Origin: a virus
Reading direction: 5' to 3' (one strand)
Length of the DNA stretch: 64,000 bases
Virus record (IMG/VR): IMGVR_UViG_3300014501_000013
Location: 9,806-73,805 of that record
Shown here: positions 57,148 through 64,000 of the stretch, one piece after another
How the letters are laid out: every line of letters starts with the position of its first letter
Position numbering within the stretch: position 1 is the first letter of the stretch
Notes under the pieces: model-generated
Databases searched by the model: none
The model's input: only the letters and a program-made list of their open reading frames with translations
Told to the model about the DNA's origin: nothing
Made by a program: the position numbers and the translations under genes

Positions 57148-57930
57148 CTACGCTTCAAGTTGGATACTGTGAAAATCGTCGCTCACGTTGACGTCAAATA
57201 TAAACGCATACGGAGCCTGGAAGTATCCCTTCTGACCCCAGTTCGGCCCCCACGAATTGCGGAGCGTCAGCAATTGCGTGGCGTCATCGTAGGCTACGGC
57301 CAGCACCGCATGGCCACCGAGCACCTTCTCGCTCGGTCCCGGCATCGGCACTATTCCGGTCTGTGCTACCTCGTCGCTCTCGAAGCTTTCGTAAACGGTA
57401 AACCCTAGAACTACTGGTAGCCCCAACACACTGATGCAGTGCTTGGTGTGATACTCAAGCCCTGGACCACCGGCTCCCCATACCCGCGTAGCGTTTAGCG
57501 TCTTGTGGGCCACCGCGTTCGCTATTGCTTGTGCTGTAGGGGCTACGGTGACCAAGGCTGGATCGGTTGGCAGGTCGGTATAGGGGCAGTCCCCGTACCG
57601 CTGAGACGCCGTTACTACGTCCGCGATGATGGCGCCGCTGTCTGAGGCTGCGGTACCTTCTTCCACACGGGCATAATAATACGGGTACAGGCGACTAAAA
57701 TCCACAAACGGCAAGCCCTGTTTAGCTCGCGCGTACATGATGCCGGCCGTAATCGCGTGCCCAGAACAAGCGTTCGTAATGATCTGGTCCCACACAATCG
57801 GAGGCAGAAACCCCGTCTCCATCAAGCTGAAAGCCGGCGCCAGCGCTGGATAGCTCGGGAGCGATAGGGTGGGGAACCGCCGATCACCGGGCAATCCCCT
57901 GAGCCAGCCGTATTTTCGTTGTATCGGCAT
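57148..57930 (-). CDS. Papain-like cysteine peptidase (C1 family)
   Basis: DQ....AC.GHA, SRLY.YY.AR, GGHAV, RNSWG..WG.KGYF. Confidence 0.9.
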   Translation of the reverse strand: MPIQRKYGWLRGLPGDRRFPTLSLPSYPALAPAFSLMETGFLPPIVWDQIITNACSGHAITAGIMYARAKQGLPFVDFSRLYPYYYARVEEGTAASDSGAIIADVVTASQRYGDCPYTDLPTDPALVTVAPTAQAIANAVAHKTLNATRVWGAGGPGLEYHTKHCISVLGLPVVLGFTVYESFESDEVAQTGIVPMPGPSEKVLGGHAVLAVAYDDATQLLTLRNSWGPNWGQKGYFQAPYAFIFDVNVSDDFHSIQLEA

Positions 57931-57940
57931 CTAGCCCTCC

Positions 57941-58459
57941 TTAGTGCCCGAGCTTCGCCTTAAGCGCCGCAGCCCGCTTGGCGATCTTCGGCAAAGCTTT
58001 GAGATCCCCAGACGTAAGTTGGGCCTTGTAGCCTCCTGCGCGTGCTGCGGCCGGCGCGGCCTGAATCGTCTTCAAGAAGTTCGCCACAGCATTCGCTACA
58101 TTCGCGATGTCCGTGACGATGGTCTGCGCGATCCCGACCGGAAGCACGGGCACGGCAGCATGCGCGAACTCCGCGGCGATCTTGACGTACTTTTCCGTTG
58201 GCGTGTCCACAGAAGCAAGTTCGGTTGTGGCGAACGTCACGGCGTCGGTGATGGAGTTGAGGTAGCCAGTGATCAGAGCGGCCTCCGCTCCGTTGACCCC
58301 AGGGACAAAAGGCAGCACGGCCTCTGCCAGGCCGACGATTAAGTTTAAGGTGGTGGTCACAGAAGTTTGCCCACACCCGATGAGCGGCAGCGTGGCTAGC
58401 CCTACAGTTGAGATGGCCAATGTGCGGCCGAAATCGCGGCGAGTGGATTGTGTGTTCAT
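57941..58459 (-). CDS. Tat-exported lipoprotein
   Basis: TRRDF twin-arginine motif, lipobox LIGC. Confidence 0.7.
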   Translation of the reverse strand: MNTQSTRRDFGRTLAISTVGLATLPLIGCGQTSVTTTLNLIVGLAEAVLPFVPGVNGAEAALITGYLNSITDAVTFATTELASVDTPTEKYVKIAAEFAHAAVPVLPVGIAQTIVTDIANVANAVANFLKTIQAAPAAARAGGYKAQLTSGDLKALPKIAKRAAALKAKLGH

Positions 58460-58466
58460 GATTCTC

Positions 58467-58946
58467 CTATCGAGGCTTGGCGAGCGCAGCGAGCGCTGTC
58501 TTTACGGCCGGCATTACGCCAGGGAGTTGAAGGACGAGGCCAGCGGCGTTTTGATTAGGGAGGAACGGATTGGCACTCAGGAATTCCTGCATGCCGTAAA
58601 TAGGGTCTGCCGAGTTTACCCACTTAAGGGCTTCCGCAACGTTGCGATTTCCTGGTAGCGCGCCGCCGTTCAAATCCTGATCTACGGCGTAACTCAGGTC
58701 GATCGCGAGATCCTGCGGAACACCCATCGTGGCGAGATCCCGCGATGTGTCGCTCCAATTGGCCGGCTTCTCGGTAGCTGTCTCGGGGATGAACAGATCC
58801 CCTGTTCCTGGGGTGCCATTTGGCTCGGCGTATAGCCGAGGGTTGGAAGCGCCAGCGCGCGCCAGCACCGCAATAAGTTGATGGCCCTGGATCAGAGTGG
58901 CGTTAAGCCTCGGCTCCGGGTCTACTAGAAATGCAAAACTGCCCAT
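58467..58946 (-). CDS. Hypothetical protein
   Basis: RBS AAGGAG. Confidence 0.65.
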   Translation of the reverse strand: MGSFAFLVDPEPRLNATLIQGHQLIAVLARAGASNPRLYAEPNGTPGTGDLFIPETATEKPANWSDTSRDLATMGVPQDLAIDLSYAVDQDLNGGALPGNRNVAEALKWVNSADPIYGMQEFLSANPFLPNQNAAGLVLQLPGVMPAVKTALAALAKPR

Positions 58947-59006
58947 GTTGTTGCTCCTTCTCCTTTGGTTAACTGCGTTTCTGGTCGCGCCGTCCCACGA
59001 CGGCGA

Positions 59007-59126
59007 TTAAGCTGCCTTCCGTTTCTTCCCTATGCAGTGCTTCCATGCCGCCCGTGCGCTGGGTTGTAACTTACCGCACTTACCGCAGTACGTTTTCTTC
59101 GCGGGCCTTCCAACTTTCCGTTTCAT
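59007..59126 (-). CDS. AT-hook/zinc-finger mini-protein
   Basis: Own translation MKRKVGRPAKKTYCGKCGKLQPSARAAWKHCIGKKRKAA; TTGACA box upstream. Confidence 0.6.
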   Translation of the reverse strand: MKRKVGRPAKKTYCGKCGKLQPSARAAWKHCIGKKRKAA

Positions 59127-59666
59127 CTGCACCTCTATCTAAGCGCACTACCGGCAATTTGTCAAGGCAATTCACCACTCCGTATCCACGAACACTCCAG
59201 GCCAGCCACGCCGCTCCAGTTCTTTGTGGATAGCCTTCTGGAACTCGATAGAGTCAGGGGAGACTTCTTCAATCGTCACCACAAAATTGGTGTGTACTTC
59301 GTGGCCATCCCAACCTTGAGTTAATTCAGCCCACATGCAACTGAGATCCGCCCAGTTCACCGCGCCGCCGATCTCGTTGCGCTTGCGATGCACGGCCACA
59401 ATCGCGGCCTCGGTGTCGGCCATGAGCTTCTTGAGGCTGTCGAGCAGTTCGGGTTCCATCAGTAGATCGTTACCTCGTGCTTTCCTGCGGTGTGTCTTGT
59501 TCTGGAGAAAGCACGCGGCTATCATCCCCGTCCAGGCCGGAAACTATTTTGCCCAGACACACTGGGCAAAAGAACCCTGATAGGTCCACGTAGGGAACTG
59601 GTCCCCCGTCGGTCGATTTAGTCCAATCGACCGCGGTCACAGTATGGCCGTGCAAGCAAGCGAATT

Positions 59667-60068
59667 TCATGGTAGTTTCCTCACCAGCGTGATCTTGAGA
59701 TTGTATTCGGCTTGGCAGTGCGCTAGTTTCCATTTGCCCAGCGGCGTCATAAAGCCCTTCGTCTCGACGTACTCAACTCGCCCAGTCTCCCACACAATCT
59801 TGAAATCGCAGATGTACCTACCGAGTACCGGCGGCTTCTTTCTTGAGAACAGAAGTCCAGGCGCGTGCAGAACAAACGCAACCTGGCCGGTCCACTCCTT
59901 CACCGCGCCGGCCAGCTTCCACGTGTCCAGCAGTTGCGCATAGCCACATTCGAGCTTCGACATATACGTTTTCCCGCCATACGCCCGCTCACTAGCTGGC
60001 GCCACGCCATACTTGCTGCGCCTCGGCTGCGCCAGCGCCTTGAACTCGCTAACACTGAGCAGGCTCAT
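59667..60068 (-). CDS. DUF1064-like PD-(D/E)xK nuclease
   Basis: SKYG...SKLE..YA..L...QV.F.L...Y..DF...E.KG..T. Confidence 0.8.
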   Translation of the reverse strand: MSLLSVSEFKALAQPRRSKYGVAPASERAYGGKTYMSKLECGYAQLLDTWKLAGAVKEWTGQVAFVLHAPGLLFSRKKPPVLGRYICDFKIVWETGRVEYVETKGFMTPLGKWKLAHCQAEYNLKITLVRKLP

Positions 60069-60463
60069 GGCAGCCCCTTCCACTTCCGCCAGCGGTCAAG
60101 TACGAACGCCTTGGCTGCCGGCGATAGCTCCGTGAAGCAATTGCTGGCGGTGGTGAGCGATGGGAACGCTAGTTCCCGCATGTCCTCCCAGAGCGTTCGG
60201 TAGGTCCATGATTCACCACACGTGAACACCTTGCGAATTTCCGTACACAGGGCGCAGGTATGATAGTGGTCCCAGCCGCTCTGCCTGTCGCCATCGCCCC
60301 AGTACTCGTCTCGACCGGCAGCGTGCTCGTGTGGCGCTCCTTTCGGGATTAACGAACCACACTCGCAGCACAGATGGGCGCGCCGTGCGGGTTTGTCTTT
60401 GCTGGTCGACTCGGCATAGATTTCGTCTACATCGCCGCCGATGCAAACATCACACTCGCTCAT
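60065..60463 (-). CDS. Zinc-finger hypothetical protein
   Basis: AR..H.CCECG..I.KG...TC..C. Confidence 0.65.
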   Translation of the reverse strand: MSECDVCIGGDVDEIYAESTSKDKPARRAHLCCECGSLIPKGAPHEHAAGRDEYWGDGDRQSGWDHYHTCALCTEIRKVFTCGESWTYRTLWEDMRELAFPSLTTASNCFTELSPAAKAFVLDRWRKWKGLP

Positions 60464-60704
60464 GCTTTCGCCTCCTCATCAAAGATCCCGTCGAACTCCC
60501 CGGCCAGCGCGCGCAGGTGCACATCCTCCAAGTCCCCATGTCGCCGTGGATGGTCAAGCATCCCGGCCACGTCAGAATCTCATACCACTGATTTGAGTTC
60601 TTTGGTTGCCGGAAAATAATGTGCCGATGCAGGCCCTCATCGAGCTTGACGGCCATCACGTGACCGGAAACGTCCTTCAGAAATGTTTCGGGGGTTACCT
60701 TCAT
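60450..60704 (-). pseudogene. Probably truncated conserved phage protein
   Basis: FLKDV.GH.M.V..D.GL.RHI.FR.P.....YEI.TWPG.L.I.GDMGT, then non-conserved-looking tail. Confidence 0.45.
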
Positions 60705-60728
60705 GCGGCACTCCATGTGGGGAAAAGT

Positions 60729-61176
60729 ACTGGCGGCAGGCGTTTCGGAACCACCCTAGCAGGTTGGTCAAGGACGATGGTAGGGCTGGAACCCGCCGCC
60801 AGTCCCATGTTATCATGGGGAAGGTCAAGGTTGATGGTTCTCACGATTACAAGTCGGAGAAGGGTTGCGTCGCAGAATCGCTTTTTTCCCCAACTAAAAC
60901 AAACTTCTGCTGCTTCAAAACCTACCGGAAACAGCCATCGGAAGAGACAAAACTCAAGAATGAAAGCGAAAGCCTGGGCGTGCGTAGCCCAGCGGAGCAA
61001 CGGGCCAGTAGTCGATCTGGCATGTGCAGACAAAGCACATTGGGGGCTTACGTCTCCGTCCAATCTGGGTTCAATAATACTAAGTTCGAGTGGTTTCGTC
61101 TCAAGAGGTTCTACCATCGTCCCTGAGTAAGCACGGCATGAACCCCCAAAGGCCCAACCCAGGGGGGAAAGCCCCT
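60729..61176 (+). ncRNA. Hairpin-dense putative structured RNA or origin
   Basis: At least 7 hairpins, A-rich linkers, G-U pairs mostly favouring +, 12-bp long-range inverted repeat. Confidence 0.45.
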
Positions 61177-61548
61177 CGTGTGTCTGCTCGTTCATTCGCC
61201 TTCTCCGCTCAGCTCGTCGTCGATCTCGGCTATCAAGTTGAGCGCTAGCTTCGCCAGCCGCTGCGTGTCCAGCGCCAGCAACTTGTAATAGGCTGTGGTG
61301 ACCGCATCCTTGGCCGCGTAGAGCCGCGAGACGCGCTCGGCGGGCTCAGCCATTGTCGCTCTCCCTCGTGAGCAGTCGGTCCCCGGCCTGGAGCGCATAG
61401 CAGAGGTAATCGCCGCCCATCTGCAAGATCACGCCTATGCCGCCCTCGTCGGTCACAAAGACGCCGGCACATGGCTGGATGCAGCCGTCCAGTTCCAGAC
61501 GCAGGGCGCCGCGGTGGTAGGCGTCGTCAATTTCGTGGATGCGGTACA

Positions 61549-62679
61549 TCACTGCACCACCCTGTTCCAGCCCGTCAGATCCTCGTTGGCCGCGTGCAGT
61601 ATGCCCTTGACGTAAATCTTGGCACCGGGCTGAAACTCAAAGGCATCCGGGAAATCGTCGTAATCCTTAGCCACGGGCCGCTCCGCTGGCGCTGGCTGCG
61701 CTGCTGGCTTCGGGGTGGCCTTGCGCTCCGCCTTCTTCGCCGCGGCGTCCTGGCGGCCCTGGGCGAGCTTATCCTGCATGACGGATTCTTGCTCCTCGAC
61801 GGATGCGGTAATCATCGGCTGTTCGTCAACCGGATCAACATTCACGGCATCTCCCAAAATATTAGGCTGCTTCCCGGTCTCGAAGCCCTCATCAACTTCC
61901 TGGGACAGGCTCGCTGCCGCTTCGAGCGGAATGCTTTTGTAGAGGCTGTGCAGGACCGTTTTTAGCGCCATGGCCTCAAAGTCTGTAACCCACGGCTGGC
62001 GGCGCGGATCTTTGTACTGCCACGTTTGCCATTCCATTTGCTTGCCGTCGGCAGTGAACTCGTGAGCTTTGAAAATTTGATCCAGCGACATACTAGATAC
62101 TCCAGCATGAGAGCGCTTGCGGATGCGGTCTATCTCCGACAGGCTCATTGGTTCCCGGAACTGCATTCCGCCCTCCGTCAGTTGAGCGAAAGCGTAAACG
62201 CCTACGATGTCGCCACGCTCCTCTGGCGACAGGATGCCGGCCTTGAACGGATCGTGCAGGAACTTAACGCCGCTGATCGTATACTGCCACTCGAAGGCAT
62301 CCTTCTGCCGAATCGTCACAGCTTGGATGCCGCCGACCTTGCCACCGCGCCGCGCGAGTCCGAGTTTGGCCTTATAGTCGATCAGTAATTGGCACTCCTT
62401 GCCGAATGGAATTAAATATGCTGAGTCGCGCCGAATCTCAACACCCATCTGAGTTGCCAGCATGACGGAGTTAAGGAAGCTGGCCGGACTACATTCGGCC
62501 AAGCGCGGATTGGCCCGAACGGCGCTGACTACCAGCCACGCGAAGCGCTTCGAGTCAAGGAATCCTCCTACAACCGCGTCGATGGTCTTCTTGTACCGGC
62601 CAAGCACATCCAGAAGCTTATGCTGACACGTATTCTCGATCTCAGTTTGCGGGCGTACTGTAAGTTCTTGCTCGCTCAC
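61549..62679 (-). CDS. recT: RecT-family ssDNA annealing protein
   Basis: NP.LAEC.P.S...SV....Q.G....AYLIPF..ECQL.IDYK....LARR; PW.TDFEAMALKTV. Confidence 0.9.
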   Translation of the reverse strand: MSEQELTVRPQTEIENTCQHKLLDVLGRYKKTIDAVVGGFLDSKRFAWLVVSAVRANPRLAECSPASFLNSVMLATQMGVEIRRDSAYLIPFGKECQLLIDYKAKLGLARRGGKVGGIQAVTIRQKDAFEWQYTISGVKFLHDPFKAGILSPEERGDIVGVYAFAQLTEGGMQFREPMSLSEIDRIRKRSHAGVSSMSLDQIFKAHEFTADGKQMEWQTWQYKDPRRQPWVTDFEAMALKTVLHSLYKSIPLEAAASLSQEVDEGFETGKQPNILGDAVNVDPVDEQPMITASVEEQESVMQDKLAQGRQDAAAKKAERKATPKPAAQPAPAERPVAKDYDDFPDAFEFQPGAKIYVKGILHAANEDLTGWNRVVQ

Positions 62680-63601
62680 AGCTTTGCCCCCTCCAGTAAT
62701 TCCTTCACGATCTTCCGCGACTCCGCGCTCGGTGTCGTCTTCGCATTCACACCCGATTGCAACGCAACGGTCTGTGCCGCTTTGGCATAACCGTGGCTCC
62801 TGCTCACTTTTGATACCCCGCTCTCAGCATTTCGCAGATCAACGAGCGGGACGCTTCGCTGGGCGCTCGCGTTCCAGCCCCACGCGCCGCGTCCTCCCAC
62901 ATCGCCGCGTTCTCAGGTTTGTTCATCATCTTGATGAGTTCCTCAATTAGAAACTGTTGAATCTTGCGGCACTTCGCCGCCAGCGCTCTGGCGATAGCCG
63001 CGTCCTCACTGAGGAGTTCGTTGACATCAGCCTGACTGACGCCGAGGTCTTGCGTGTCGCTCACTTTGTCTCGCCCTCCGCCTGTGGCGTCCCCTGGCCC
63101 TTGCGGCGCTTCCGCGGCTTGTCAGTGGCGCCGCCGGATCGCTTGTGGAGCACCGCGCGTATCAGCCGCATCAGGCGCTCAGCTTCGGGCAGCGGCGCAT
63201 CCATAAAATAGATGAGTATCATTTCGTCGGGGTTAGTCTTTGGTCTGCTCATTAGAAGCACATATCGCACGTGCAGTGCGATCTCTTTCCGCCTGATGCG
63301 ATAGAACCAGACTCGCAGAAGCGTGAGCCGTTGTGCGACGGCCCGAAACCACTGTGTTCGTCGCGGATCTTCTTGCACATCAGGCATTTCTTGTCAGGGA
63401 AGTTTTCATCTAGCAATTCATCCACAACATTCGGTTCGTTATTCGTCATCCCGCTCCTCATCATCAAATCCAGGCACGTAGTCGCCGTCCAGATCGTCCT
63501 CGAAGTTCTCCCGTTCCTCGATCGCATCCTCATCGTCCCGTTCGGCGTCGCCATCGCGCTGGGTAACCGGGTAAAGTTCGTATAGCTGGGGTAGTTCAAG
63601 T

Positions 63602-64000
63602 CTATTCCGGAGCATTGGTGACCTCCCCGATAATCTCTCTCTTCAGCGCCCCGCATTTGTCGCCATCGTGCAGTACTTCGCCGAACAGCGCCACGATCCA
63701 AAGGCGCTCGCCTTTCCATTTATCCGGTGACAGCGTGGCGTGCAGCGCTCTTTGAGAGCATAATTCAAGCGGCCCCTTTACCCCATGAACATCTCCAGGC
63801 TCTACAGCTTTGGGAAGACTGCCACCATTTGACGGAAGCCCGCTTTTGTCGGAGCGCCAGAACGCTATCCACGTAACTGATTCGCAGAGCGTATTGAATC
63901 GGGCGCGTATCGCGGTAGGCCATCTTGCGATGGCACCGCTCGCTACGCGAGCCCAATACCCGGACCCGGACCCGGACCCGGACCCGTACCCGGACCCGTA
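63602..64000 (-). CDS. Partial Gly-Ser/Gly-Tyr repeat phage protein (runs off window)
   Basis: Own translation YGSGYGSGSGSGSGYW...AFWRSD..G.PSNGG...GPLELC...LHAT..P.KW.G.R.W.VAL.GEV. Confidence 0.7.
   Translation of the reverse strand, partial: YGSGYGSGSGSGSGYWARVASGAIARWPTAIRARFNTLCESVTWIAFWRSDKSGLPSNGGSLPKAVEPGDVHGVKGPLELCSQRALHATLSPDKWKGERLWIVALFGEVLHDGDKCGALKREIIGEVTNAPE
63959..64000. repeat. Hexamer tandem repeat CCCG(G/T)A encoding G-S/G-Y
   Basis: cccggacccggacccgga...cccgta. Confidence 0.85.

Larger units (their letters stand above)
1..64000. mobile_element. Tailed bacteriophage genome segment (podovirus-like gene order)
   Basis: terS-terL-portal-scaffold-capsid-adaptor-nozzle-ejection-fibre-lysis order on +; small early genes and RecT on -; no host housekeeping genes; no tape-measure or sheath gene recognised. 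Confidence 0.95.

Noticed and set aside
61158-61176. Similarity to the ColE1 origin G-tract (CCAGGGGGAAA)
   Set aside because: Too short to be significant; no other ColE1 sequence recognised
63959-64000. Telomere-like or origin repeat at the window end
   Set aside because: It is an in-frame Gly-Ser/Gly-Tyr coding repeat

Overview
The whole window is tailed-phage (Caudoviricetes) DNA with a P22-like podovirus gene order; no host housekeeping genes are visible. The + strand (about 3.4-52.1 kb) carries terS, an accessory island, terL, portal, scaffold, major capsid, adaptor/nozzle, low-complexity ejection proteins, a large fibre/depolymerase block and a Tlde1-type lysis region. The - strand (1-3.4 kb and 52.2-64 kb) carries many small early/middle genes, including HNH, RecT, DUF1064, a HicB-like fusion, a papain-like peptidase with Tat lipoproteins, an atypical tRNA and a deleted IS1595-family element. 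No integrase, polymerase or primase is recognisable. An Acidobacteriota-like host is only a guess from protein style. The most striking feature is that nine tail-fibre/tailspike-region proteins begin with Sec-type signal peptides, and all eight counted have an even number of locally paired cysteines. This suggests fibres or depolymerases that are exported and disulfide-folded in the periplasm rather than assembled in the cytoplasm. Other highlights are a circularly permuted histidine phosphatase, two hairpin-dense putative RNA/origin regions, an IS end that supplies a new in-frame start codon to the gene it interrupts, a tRNA with an AGA anticodon but no serine long arm, an Acb2/Tad1-like sponge candidate and a prion-like virion-region protein. 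All family calls are by-eye motif recognition; no searches were run.
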